A DNA stretch of 64,000 bases, from IMG/VR virus record IMGVR_UViG_3300045988_148153, positions 381 through 64,380 of that record, one strand, 5' to 3'. Both the position numbers and the translations under genes were made by a program. Below are positions 28,464 to 38,300 of the stretch, piece by piece. The DNA comes from a virus. The notes under the pieces are model-generated. The model saw only the letters and a list, made by a program, of their open reading frames with translations, searched no databases and was not told the DNA's origin. Numbering within the stretch: the first letter of the stretch is position 1; the number at the start of each line of letters is the position of its first letter.

Positions 28464-29312
28464 TTATGCAGCAGGGTCAATTTCACCCTTAATCTGCTTG
28501 ATGGCTCTCCTCGCATTCCACTCGTTTTCGTACAAGGCGATAATGAAGCGTCTGCCCCTTTCAGTCCATACCGTATATACATTGGTTCCTATCGAACCGT
28601 CCGAACGAGTATATGTCTGGGTACGGGTGGAGTGTAATCCCCAAGTAGAGTAGGGAGAGTGGAGTAACCATTGTCCCGATTGGCGATAGATAATTCCTGC
28701 TTCCTTTAGTTTCTTGTGCAGTTTCTCTGCGTCCATTCCTATCTGCTTGGCGATTTGTGTGCTCGTCAGAGTATTTACGCTTTGCAGGTGATTGTTGTAG
28801 TAGGTGACTTTGGGAGCCGCTTCCTTGATTTCCTTGTCTTGCAGTTCGATGGTGGCTTGCTGTTGCTCCGTTTCAGCTTCAAGCTGCTTTAACCGTTCCT
28901 CTCTTTTTGCAAGCGTGGCTTGTGCGATGGTTAGCGCACGTGCCATGATTTCTTCGGGAGTATCGTTTGGGACGGTGGAGATGTAGCCGCCAGTGGTTCG
29001 TACTTCGTGAAGGATTTGTTTAACTCCTTTCTTGAATTGTTTGGCGATTGGCTTGCGGGATTGCATGAGGACTTCGTATAATCCCCCTTCTGTAAGCATC
29101 CAAACTTGCTGATTTCCACCGGGGGTTACGAATTGTGTAACACCTTTCTCGTCATCATCTACTAAAGACAACATGTGAGAAATGTTGTTGTGATTAATAA
29201 CTTCTGCTACATCTTTTGCACGAAACAGAGGTTCCTCAACTGTTCCGTAAACAGTGAATTGCCGTCCACACAATTCTGTTTGTTTTAGGACTTGAATAGG
29301 ATTTGTTAGCAT
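28464..29312 (-). CDS. Bro-N domain antirepressor-like protein
   Basis: FTVYGTVEEPLFRAKDVAEVI...GGLYEVLMQSRKPIAKQFKKGVKQIL is a Bro-N domain, followed by a coiled coil and a C-terminal DNA-binding-like region. Start set at the ATG at 29312 (MLTNPIQ). Confidence 0.7.
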   Translation of the reverse strand: MLTNPIQVLKQTELCGRQFTVYGTVEEPLFRAKDVAEVINHNNISHMLSLVDDDEKGVTQFVTPGGNQQVWMLTEGGLYEVLMQSRKPIAKQFKKGVKQILHEVRTTGGYISTVPNDTPEEIMARALTIAQATLAKREERLKQLEAETEQQQATIELQDKEIKEAAPKVTYYNNHLQSVNTLTSTQIAKQIGMDAEKLHKKLKEAGIIYRQSGQWLLHSPYSTWGLHSTRTQTYTRSDGSIGTNVYTVWTERGRRFIIALYENEWNARRAIKQIKGEIDPAA

Positions 29313-29691
29313 AACAAAAAAAATGCACCTACTACGAGCTGCTAACAAATCCATAAGATTAATGTCGGAGGCGTTTCCGCTACTCCACTCGGTAGGTGCA
29401 ATATCTTTAAAGTATGATATTACTATAATATGTCTTGGCAAAAAAAATAACTCTATATGGTAGAGCCATAAGAGTTTGCCTCTCTTATGAACTTGTTAGC
29501 ACTGCAAAGATAGATATAATCTTTAAAGATGCAAACTTCTTATAAGAAAATCAACTGTTTATGTGAATTTTCTAAGTTTTTATGCGAATATATAGAAAAT
29601 TTTCTATTTGCCACAAGTTTGATATATTATAAAAGCATAAACATGTTACATAACATACCCAATATAATTACAACAGATGTTAATAAAGACG

Positions 29692-29699
29692 TATCTTTG
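29692..29699 (+). promoter_or_regulatory. Bacteroides-type -7 box TATCTTTG for the membrane/lipoprotein operon
   Basis: It matches TAnnTTTG and lies 33 nt upstream of the 29733 start. Confidence 0.45.
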
Positions 29700-29732
29700 C
29701 TGCATGTTTGAATAAATAATAAAAAAAGTAGT

Positions 29733-30215
29733 ATGGAAGGTTTTATAATGGTACTTGTTTATATTGTCTCATTGGTATGGGCAATTCTTAGCATTATACT
29801 TTTCTTTAAAGTATGGGGAATGACAAATAGGGTAATTGACATTCAAAATCTATTTGAAAAGCACTCTAAGAATGTTGATGATAAATTAGGGGGGCTAATT
29901 GCAACATTAGAAAAGATGAAAGAAGCGCCAAAAATAGAATTAAATTCCAATAAAACGGAAATCAAACATCCGGAAGGTTGTGAGACAAATGTGGTTAAAA
30001 ACACTACTATGAGTGTAATAAAGAGAAGAGAAGCCAAGGTGTTGTCGCAAAAAATAGAAAAGGAGATTGATAAATCTTCTAATGAGTTTAAGCAAAAATT
30101 ACATAAGTGGCAGGTTTTAAAAGAAAAAGGTTTTATAGAACAAGCTATTGAAGAATATCAAGAATATACAGGTCTTGATTATGATGAAGCTGTTGAATTT
30201 GTTAAAGAATTATAA
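29733..30215 (+). CDS. N-terminally anchored membrane protein with L7/L12-CTD-like tail
   Basis: TM segment VLVYIVSLVWAILSIILFF. The C-terminal IEQAIEEYQEYTGLDYDEAVEFVKEL resembles the ribosomal L7/L12 C-terminal motif. Confidence 0.55.
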   Translation: MEGFIMVLVYIVSLVWAILSIILFFKVWGMTNRVIDIQNLFEKHSKNVDDKLGGLIATLEKMKEAPKIELNSNKTEIKHPEGCETNVVKNTTMSVIKRREAKVLSQKIEKEIDKSSNEFKQKLHKWQVLKEKGFIEQAIEEYQEYTGLDYDEAVEFVKEL

Positions 30216-30245
30216 TAACTATTTATGTTTTAATTTTAGATTAAT

Positions 30246-31271
30246 ATGAGCCAAGAACAACAGAATAATGGCATGTCAGGAACTGGTTGTGCGATACTTT
30301 TAGTAGGGATAATAGTTTTTGCCATTTTGCTATTTTCAGACCATTATATTTGGGGAGCTATTGTTCTCGGAGTTACTACTGCTATATCGCAAGCTGTAAG
30401 CAATTCAGATAAGAGAGAAGAAAGAGAAGAGGAGCGGAGGGAATTGCAAAAGAAAAAAGAATTGGAAGCCCAAAAAAGAAGTGAGAAAGAAGAATTAGAA
30501 AAAGAGGAAAGAATAAAAGAATACGGTGAAATATCCTATGAATATCAGTCTAAATGTCCGTATTCCAAAATAGAAGTGTACGAATCAACTCAAGTCGTAT
30601 ATCTTAAATACGGAGAAGAAGTATGGATGTTTAATTTTTCTGACATTATAAAAGTAGATATATATGAAGATGGGAGAATTAGCTCATCTATTACTTCTAC
30701 AAGTGGAACATCAAAAGCTAAAACTTCAAGCATGATAGGTCGGGCAGCCGTAGGAGGTGTGCTTTTAGGTGGTGCAGGAGCAGTTATTGGAGGAGCTACT
30801 GGTAAAAGAGAACTTGGAGAAACTTCTACCACAAAAACGCAAGAAGTAGTTGTTTACTCAATGGTTATAACGATTAATAATTTATCAATGCCAACTATCC
30901 AAATAAAAGCGAAGTATGAGGAAGCCAAAGAATTTATAAAAAGAGTAAGCTCCGTATTGTCTATCATAATAGAAAGGCAGGATAAAGGGACTGACAACAA
31001 TACCAAAATACAGATATTACATGAGGGGAATGAATATTCAGAAGTAAATATTGATATATTAAAATTGCTATCTGATACTTATGGGGAAGGTAGAATAAAA
31101 GGGTTACCAAAAGCTCTTGAATTATACAAAGAAAAAATAAACAAAGATGGTTCTAATTTTACTGAATATTTGGAAGAATTGGTTATGTCAGATGATGAAA
31201 TATTATCAGACAACGAAAAGAATACACTATTGTCTGATATATCCTTTGTAAAACGAATGAATAATAGATAA
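30246..31271 (+). CDS. membrane protein with coiled coil and glycine-zipper segment
   Basis: It has two N-terminal TM helices, an EEREEERRELQKKKELEAQKRSEKEELEKEE coiled coil and a GRAAVGGVLLGGAGAVIGGATG glycine zipper. Confidence 0.55.
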   Translation: MSQEQQNNGMSGTGCAILLVGIIVFAILLFSDHYIWGAIVLGVTTAISQAVSNSDKREEREEERRELQKKKELEAQKRSEKEELEKEERIKEYGEISYEYQSKCPYSKIEVYESTQVVYLKYGEEVWMFNFSDIIKVDIYEDGRISSSITSTSGTSKAKTSSMIGRAAVGGVLLGGAGAVIGGATGKRELGETSTTKTQEVVVYSMVITINNLSMPTIQIKAKYEEAKEFIKRVSSVLSIIIERQDKGTDNNTKIQILHEGNEYSEVNIDILKLLSDTYGEGRIKGLPKALELYKEKINKDGSNFTEYLEELVMSDDEILSDNEKNTLLSDISFVKRMNNR

Positions 31272-31432
31272 TCTTTTTATTGTGAGATTGCATATCCCCG
31301 TTCCTCATGGTTCGGGGATTTTTATGTTTTATATGTAATAAAAACACTACAATAAAATTGAATTAATATAATGTTTAATTAAAATTAAACCTTTAACTTT
31401 GCCGCACATTAATTAACTAAAACACATGCTTT

Positions 31433-31816
31433 ATGAAAAAGTTTTTGATTTTATTATGCTCTGTTTTCTTGTTTTCATCATGTATGAGCATATTTTCAAG
31501 CTCTAAACAATCTATCACTTTTATGGGAGAGAACGGCACAAGGCTGTATGACGGAACTAATAATGTGAAATTGGCAGAAATAAAAGAAGGTGGCTCTGCT
31601 ACAGTAAAAATTAAGAAAAAACTGTCAGACAAAACGATTATTGCGAAAAAAGAAGGTTTTAAGGATACACCTTTCGTTATAGAATCTTCGTTTAATGCTA
31701 AATCTTTGTGGAATATATTATTTTGGCCAGGTTTTTTGATTGACCTCGGAACGGGGAAGATTAATAAATACGACCCTGTTATTTACAATATAGAAATGGA
31801 CGATAAGAGTAATTAA
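31433..31816 (+). CDS. lipoprotein
   Basis: Signal peptide MKKFLILLCSVFLFSSC with a lipobox Cys. Confidence 0.65.
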   Translation: MKKFLILLCSVFLFSSCMSIFSSSKQSITFMGENGTRLYDGTNNVKLAEIKEGGSATVKIKKKLSDKTIIAKKEGFKDTPFVIESSFNAKSLWNILFWPGFLIDLGTGKINKYDPVIYNIEMDDKSN

Positions 31817-31839
31817 TAGCAATATCTAAATAAATAATA

Positions 31840-32232
31840 ATGAAAAAGATTTTATTTTTACTGGCAATGCTGCCAATGTTTGTTTTTAGTGCGTGTTCGG
31901 ATGATGATGATTTTGACTATCCAATGGAAACCTTATACGGTACATGGGATGTGACGGATGTAAAAGTAGAGGGCAAATGGTATGACGTGACTACATACCC
32001 ATATACAAGGTTTGGTATGTCTATATCTTTCAAGTCCGATGGTTCTTTTTATGGTAGAGGCTATTTAGGGAACGGTAGCGGTACATATAAGGCATCAGGA
32101 AATACTATTGTTACTTACTTGGATGGCGAAGAATATATAAGATATACGGTTAAATCCTTGTCAGGTGACAATGCTGAACTTACCATGTCAATGGATGGAG
32201 AAAGTCTGGATATTAAGGCTGAAAAGCAATAA
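31840..32232 (+). CDS. lipoprotein, lipocalin-like
   Basis: Signal peptide MKKILFLLAMLPMFVFSAC with a lipobox. The mature part begins ...LYGTWDVTDV, typical of small lipocalin-like domains. Confidence 0.65.
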   Translation: MKKILFLLAMLPMFVFSACSDDDDFDYPMETLYGTWDVTDVKVEGKWYDVTTYPYTRFGMSISFKSDGSFYGRGYLGNGSGTYKASGNTIVTYLDGEEYIRYTVKSLSGDNAELTMSMDGESLDIKAEKQ

Positions 32233-32253
32233 GTTAAAATTGAAATAATTATT

Positions 32254-32288
32254 CAAGTCAAGCGGAGTTTTTTCGCTTGACTTGTTTT
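32254..32288. terminator. bidirectional rho-independent terminator
   Basis: 11-bp stem CAAGTCAAGCG/CGCTTGACTTG followed by TTTT, located between convergent genes. Confidence 0.7.
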
Positions 32289-32300
32289 GTATTAGAGAAA

Positions 32301-32870
32301 CTATTCTGCATGTATTCTTTCAATCTTTATTCCGTGGGCTTTGAGGTATTCTGTTAATGTTATGGTATTTATTTTTAGAAAGTCACAGATACTTGGTAGC
32401 TTTTGGAATAATTTACCGTCATTTTGTGATTTTGTTTCTTCTGTAAGAACACTTATGCCGGCTGGCATAATTTTATATTGTTCCTTGTGATACATGCAAT
32501 ATATAATAATGCGCCCATCGCCAGATTTTAGAAACTCCTCTTTTTGCAAAACATACTCTTCTTCCGTAAGTTCATTTTTTAGTAGCCTTACACAAAAATT
32601 ATTATCAACAAGGTTATGGAACTTCTTAGGAGAGGGGAGAAAAATCTCTGTAGTGTTTACGGCATACTTCACTTCTTTTAAATAAGGCATAGCTTTTATT
32701 GCAATACCTTGCGATGTATATATAGCTTCCTGCTGAATAGCATCTAATAAGATGATTTCACCAGTCTCCAAGCCTTTCTTAATGAAATTAGTTAATATTC
32801 CATTTATATCTAATGGCAAATAGTATCTTGCCATTGCTACCAACGAACAAGTATCTATTACTATTGCCAT
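32301..32870 (-). CDS. DUF4411-like PIN-fold protein (putative nuclease/toxin)
   Basis: The N-terminal AIVIDTCSLV resembles the first acidic PIN motif. It overlaps the upstream ImmA/IrrE-like gene by 10 nt. Confidence 0.6.
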   Translation of the reverse strand: MAIVIDTCSLVAMARYYLPLDINGILTNFIKKGLETGEIILLDAIQQEAIYTSQGIAIKAMPYLKEVKYAVNTTEIFLPSPKKFHNLVDNNFCVRLLKNELTEEEYVLQKEEFLKSGDGRIIIYCMYHKEQYKIMPAGISVLTEETKSQNDGKLFQKLPSICDFLKINTITLTEYLKAHGIKIERIHAE

Positions 32871-34000
32871 AATATTTTTTCAAATTTCTCAGGTTTGATA
32901 TTTAGACGCTTGCAAAATGTCATTTCATTAACAATTCCCTTAAAATAAGCATACTGCATGGATTTTAAGAATAAGGGAGAAAGAATTGGTTTAGGTGACA
33001 TCCCAAACCTTTTTTCTTTTTGTAAGCTTCCTTTTTCTTTGCGTTCCTGATATTCCCGAATAAGGTTGTTTTTAATTATATCGTATTGATTAAAGGTCAT
33101 TTTTTTATCAATATACAAACGGGTGAAAATTGCCAATTTGCTAATATGTGTTTGATTGCTTATATTGGCGATATAATCCATATAGTAATCGTTGTCCGCA
33201 TTTACTTTGGAAATGATTTCTAATTTCTTTGCAGCTTCTCCCATTATAAAGTAATATGCAAAATCGTTGCACCATTTCTCTACAACGTTTTGTCGGTTTT
33301 CAGCATCTATATTCGCTATATCTACCTGCTCTACTTCTTCTTTTCCAAGCATATAATGCCCGAGTTCGTGGGCAAATGTAAATATTTCCCTCTTATAGTG
33401 CTTATGACGCTTTAAGACTATCATATTAGGCTTTAAATAAAAGCCATCAATATTGGTTTTTTCTTTTTTATTCCAATTTTCAATATATTCAAACACAAAA
33501 ACATTATGCTCTGCACATTTATGAATCATTGCTACGAGAAATTTCTTTGTGTCTTTAATATCCCCCGGATAGAAGTAATTTCGTGCAATACGGGCTATTT
33601 CAATGGGGTTATCTTCTATTGAATAATGGGTTATATTGGGGTGTATATTTAATTTTGAAAGTTTATTGTAAGCGTCAATAGTCTGTTTTAATGTTTCAAA
33701 TCTATGTATTGTACGTATAGATTCATTATTTAACTCTATTCCAAATTTACTTTTTCTGAAAAGTATGCTGTTGCTTTTTGATGTAGTTAATGGAGAAAAA
33801 TCTGTGTAAAACTCTAATCCCTTATCAAATATTTTATCTACTTTCTTTAGTAAAGACAAGTCTATCACATTGCAGAAAATATTATCTTTTTGGATTTCTC
33901 TTTTTCTTCCCTTGTTAAGTATAGACAATAAAGATTCTTCCGACATTCTATATAATGCCAGCAAATAATCTATGCGTTCTTTATTTATCTCTACTTTCAT
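32861..34000 (-). CDS. ImmA/IrrE-family (COG2856) zinc metallopeptidase
   Basis: FTFAHELGHYMLGKEE is the HEXXH core characteristic of the ImmA/IrrE family. Confidence 0.7.
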   Translation of the reverse strand: MKVEINKERIDYLLALYRMSEESLLSILNKGRKREIQKDNIFCNVIDLSLLKKVDKIFDKGLEFYTDFSPLTTSKSNSILFRKSKFGIELNNESIRTIHRFETLKQTIDAYNKLSKLNIHPNITHYSIEDNPIEIARIARNYFYPGDIKDTKKFLVAMIHKCAEHNVFVFEYIENWNKKEKTNIDGFYLKPNMIVLKRHKHYKREIFTFAHELGHYMLGKEEVEQVDIANIDAENRQNVVEKWCNDFAYYFIMGEAAKKLEIISKVNADNDYYMDYIANISNQTHISKLAIFTRLYIDKKMTFNQYDIIKNNLIREYQERKEKGSLQKEKRFGMSPKPILSPLFLKSMQYAYFKGIVNEMTFCKRLNIKPEKFEKILWQ

Positions 34001-34289
34001 TAGTTAATTATATTGGAATATCAGCGTTCAAAAATACAAAAAACTATTATATAGTTACTTGTTTCCTTTATATTTAACAAAGAAGAATAGGGTTGTTTGA
34101 TAGTGAAATTTTAGTCTTAAGACTAATATATAAAGAGTTAATGTGTTAACTTATAGGGAAATACGACTTTAAAAAACAATGTGTATTAGAGAACGTTATA
34201 ATAATATGCTTTTAAACATGCAAATTTTCATTAGAGGTATATATTATATTTAGATTTTCACTATTTTTGTTATAAAATAAAGCGGCTAT

Positions 34290-34490
34290 ATGGATAGTAA
34301 CAACTTAGAAAACAGAATTGAATTTAGTAAGACACTCGCCTTTAAAGTAGATGATGATATGGAGGAAAATGATACTACTTTAATTGATTGGAAGACAGAA
34401 GCCATAATAACGGGGTATACTTGGGCGTATTGTATAAACAAGCCATTAGGGAAAACAAAAAAAGATAGCCCGTTGAAACCTACCAAGTGA
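34290..34490 (+). CDS. hypothetical small acidic protein
   Basis: 66-aa ORF followed immediately by a hairpin and T-run. Confidence 0.4.
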   Translation: MDSNNLENRIEFSKTLAFKVDDDMEENDTTLIDWKTEAIITGYTWAYCINKPLGKTKKDSPLKPTK

Positions 34491-34512
34491 GCTACGTAAA
34501 CGCGTAGCTTTT
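34490..34512 (+). terminator. rho-independent terminator
   Basis: Stem AGCTACG/CGTAGCT with a 6-nt loop, followed by TTTT. Confidence 0.5.
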
Positions 34513-34606
34513 CAGTTTGCAACGAACTATCTTTTCTGATACAAAGGAGGTTTTCTTGTATGGTTATATACTAAACCAGGAGAGAAATAGCTAAAGGATT
34601 TATAAT

Positions 34607-34795
34607 ATGAATGATGTAAAACGAATAAAAAACATTACAAGGAGCCGCCAAACAAGGACTAAAGGTGATAGATTAGGGTGGGCTTTAAGAAATGAGGTTG
34701 AACATCCTCCCTTGCGTGAAATTGTCGGAGAAGGAAGAATTGTTAGTGACTCTTGCTGCTTTATTTCAGCCTCTACGAAAAGAATTATACAATAA
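34607..34795 (+). CDS. possible small basic protein
   Basis: 62-aa ORF that ends at a terminator hairpin. Support for coding is weak. Confidence 0.3.
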   Translation: MNDVKRIKNITRSRQTRTKGDRLGWALRNEVEHPPLREIVGEGRIVSDSCCFISASTKRIIQ

Positions 34796-34822
34796 AGCCA
34801 GACATTAAGTCTGGCTTTTTCT
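34795..34822. terminator. bidirectional terminator at the right edge of the cargo island
   Basis: Stem AAGCCAGAC/GTCTGGCTT followed by TTT. It overlaps the stop codon of 34805..35311. Confidence 0.6.
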
Positions 34823-35311
34823 TTGCAATACATCACCTTCGGCTTCTACGGTACAATCCTCTCCATGAATATAGACATACACTGATGCTATATCCTTTTG
34901 GATAACATTTACTTTTGCCCGGTCGTACACATTAATGAATACCTTGCAATACTGAGAGCAGTCAATGGTAACTTCACTGTCATGGCGCACATAAACATCA
35001 CATACGGAAAAGCCGTCGAATAGGAGAGTGCCTTTGCAGTTCCCGTTCAAAACAGCTATTTGTGGTATATTACGTTTCTGTACATCTTCATCCACGAAGA
35101 TACCGTTTTTGTGAAGAATAGCTTTGTCGAAGTTTTCCTTTATGAAAGTGTTGGTGGGATAATTGTGTTTAATAGCAAAATCAATCCCATGCAGCCACTT
35201 GTCAATCAACCCTTGTTGGTCGGGAGTTCCCCATGCTTGTTGCCACGGCTGGCATAAACCAAGTGTGATTGCTTGGTTTAGTAATGTTCTGCTTAAATCC
35301 TTTTCGTTCAT
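34805..35311 (-). CDS. hypothetical protein, paralog of the partial gene at 63629
   Basis: The two share an N-terminal LL..A...G.CQ...G... architecture and a C-terminal repetitive beta-type region. Confidence 0.55.
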   Translation of the reverse strand: MNEKDLSRTLLNQAITLGLCQPWQQAWGTPDQQGLIDKWLHGIDFAIKHNYPTNTFIKENFDKAILHKNGIFVDEDVQKRNIPQIAVLNGNCKGTLLFDGFSVCDVYVRHDSEVTIDCSQYCKVFINVYDRAKVNVIQKDIASVYVYIHGEDCTVEAEGDVLQRKSQT

Positions 35312-35332
35312 AACGCATTATATTGTCAATAT

Positions 35333-38300
35333 TTAACGGAAATAAAATCCCTTATCTTTCGTTAGCTTAGCTGAATGTATTTCATTCCTTAGTTCGGAAA
35401 CCTCATTAAGGATTGCTTCATTACTGTCGGCGGTTCTTCTTGTATTTTCTGTAATCATACTCAGTTGCCGCAGTTGTGCTTCTGCTATAACATTCATCTT
35501 GGGAAAATCCTCTTTGAAAAACCTTTCTTGTAATGTCCGTTTTATACTTACATCGGCACGGATACTGTTTAAGTAGGAAGCCAAAATATTAGCGGTGTCT
35601 TCTGTTATGTTTTCCTGTATCCCTTTGGAAAGTGTATTTGAGGCACTTGTCTCTTCAAGGCTTATTCCCATTTTTTTTGCAGCGGCATTTAGATAATCCC
35701 ATATCTTTTTTGAATCAGAGATTGTGCCTCTAAGGCTCCCAAGTTGTTGCATTAGCCCGGCCGCCTCTTGTTCGGTTAGATTGGTTCCCCCCGCAGAACT
35801 ATCCGTAAATATACCCTTGTCTCCAAACAGATAATCCCTTAGACTATTCATCGATTTCTGTATGACATTTGCAGAAATCATCTCCTTTATGACATTGCGC
35901 ATAATATCAGCCACCGTATCATCAAAAGCCTTTGCCGCATCTTCTCCGTTGGCAAATGCATTAACTAAGGCTTCTGATATTTGGTCTGCCCAACCTTTTA
36001 TGCCTATACCAAACTGCTCACTTGCCAAATCTTCATAGAAGTATTTGATTTGTTCGCCCAACTCGATATACTGCTGTCGGTAGTCCTCTATTTTAGAACT
36101 GTCAGGGTCTTTTTTATCTGCCTCTGCCTGCGCCTGTTTTATAACCTCTTCTCTCTGTTTTTGAAGATTGGCAATCATTTCTTTGGATTGACTTTGAGTA
36201 ACAGCGCCCAATTGCCGTTCAACGATAGATTGAAGATTTTTGTAATCATTAGAAAGCTTCTTCACTTCCAATTGGGAACGCTGAATTGCTTTGTCAAGCT
36301 TCTTGTCATGGGCTTTGGCTATACTTCCTATAATTCCGGTAATACCACTGACGACACCTGTAGCCCCCTGCATGATAGCCATCGGGTTGCCGGAAGATAT
36401 ACCAGCGAAAAGGGTAGCACCGCTTTGGGCGGTATTCAATAATCCACCCGCAACTTCTTGCACAGTACTTAGAGTTTCTCCCATACTGTCATTCCCTAAG
36501 GCATCAAATGCTGACCCTAAATCTCCCAAAGTGCCGATAAGAAGATTAGCCATGTCGACAACATCTCCAAAGCCTACTTGAACTTTGTCGGAAGCTGCAT
36601 TTTGTTCGTCTTGTGCATCAGTAACTTCCCTTTCCGCATCAGCTAATGTTTTTAATTTAGGAGTTAATTTATCAACGACTTTAGTCTGATAGGATAAACC
36701 GCTATCTGTTTTCTTGGTTTCGGTATGACTTGTTTCTGAAATACCGGTAGTAACTTCACCGCCATTTTGAATAAACCCAAGCTCTTTTTGAGCTTTTTTC
36801 AGCTTTTTGGTGGCTTCTGCATACTCTTTTATGCCGTCTGACAATGTTTTGAAAGGGTTTCTGCTTTCGCTTTCATCGCGTAGCTTTTTTAAAACATTGA
36901 CAAGCTCCTTGAACTCGTTAACTTTTAAGCTTTGTCCGGTCGTATTTTTAAACTCTTCCAGGTTCTTGATTAGCCTATCAAGAGTTGCAGAAGATAGTCT
37001 ATCAAGGTCATCAAAGGTCTTAGCCCAGTCTTCCGAACTTTTGAATTGTTCAAATTTGGTTGATGCAGCATCTTCGCTCGCTTTCTTTTTCCTTTGCGCT
37101 ATAAGTCTATTTGTGGCTTCTTCTCCTAATTGCCCTCTTTGGCTTTCAATATCTGCTAAGTCCTTTTGAAGATTACGTTCAATATCCTTTATTTTTTGGG
37201 CATAATCTTTATAATCCTCTATCATGCCTAAAAGATTTTCAAGGCTTTCTGAACGCATCTTCTTACTTTCCTCGTTGATTGATTGGTATAGCTTCAGAAT
37301 AGCCCCTTCCCCAAATCGCTTCTTTACATCATCTTCTTTCATGGCAAGCACATCTGTAACAGAGAATTTACTGCCTGTTTCAGCAAGTGCTTTAGAAAGC
37401 TGGCTTCGCAAATCATCAACCATGCTTTTAAATGACACTTCTCCACCAAAGGCTATGTTCATGGAAAGAGATTTGTTTCCGGAAGCATTAAACAGCTTTT
37501 TGTATAAATCCCACTTTTCTCCGGTTTGGGAAATATACTTTTCTATCTCCTTTAAGGTATTATCAACTTCTTTCTTTGCGCTATCAATTCCCGCCTTGTC
37601 AATCTTGACACCAAGAGAAATGTATAAATCTTCCTGTTTTTCTTTACTGCGGTCTAACTGTCCTTGAATGTATTTGTAAGCTTTGCTTGGGTTGTTCAAA
37701 TCTAAATTAACACCCTTCTCATCAAAAACAGATGAAAACTCGGATATGCCTTTTACTCTTTGGGTAGCCGCTTCATCTCCTTCTATCTTTCTCCATTTCT
37801 CATAGCTGGAAAGGGCTTTTTCTATAAGGTCGGAACGGTCTTTCCATTGTTCAGCGATAGGGTCTTTCGTGTTTTGGGTCTCTTTGGTTACACGCCCGAA
37901 TGTTTTTAGTATTTCATCTGTGGCATTCTTTAACAGCTTGGCTTTGTCTATACTTTTACGAGTTTCTTCATTCCATTCACCCTCTTTTTTAGTCCATTCG
38001 CTAAGAGTAGAAGCCGCATCTTCATTAGCACCGATTATACTTTCTATATACTTTTGAAAACCTCCTTCTGCATCAGGCTTTAGCCTCTCAATATCAAATT
38101 TCTCGTATAATTCAGTTGCTTTTTTGAACCAAGCTGGTTCCTTCCCTTGCTGCCCTCCTTTTGTGCTTGTATATGTTTCATATGTTTTTAAAGCATCATT
38201 TAATGCTTTTTGAGCTTGTTCTAAAACTTCCGTTTGGGACTTTATTCTTTTGTCAATATCACCTAACTTAGCAGACCCACCGGGCAAAGTTGCCACTTGC

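Noticed and set aside
29529-29711. 60-aa + strand ORF in the Bro/membrane-operon intergenic region.
   Set aside because: It spans the operator palindromes and the TATCTTTG promoter, and its sequence is extremely AT-rich and low-complexity. A regulatory role explains the region better.
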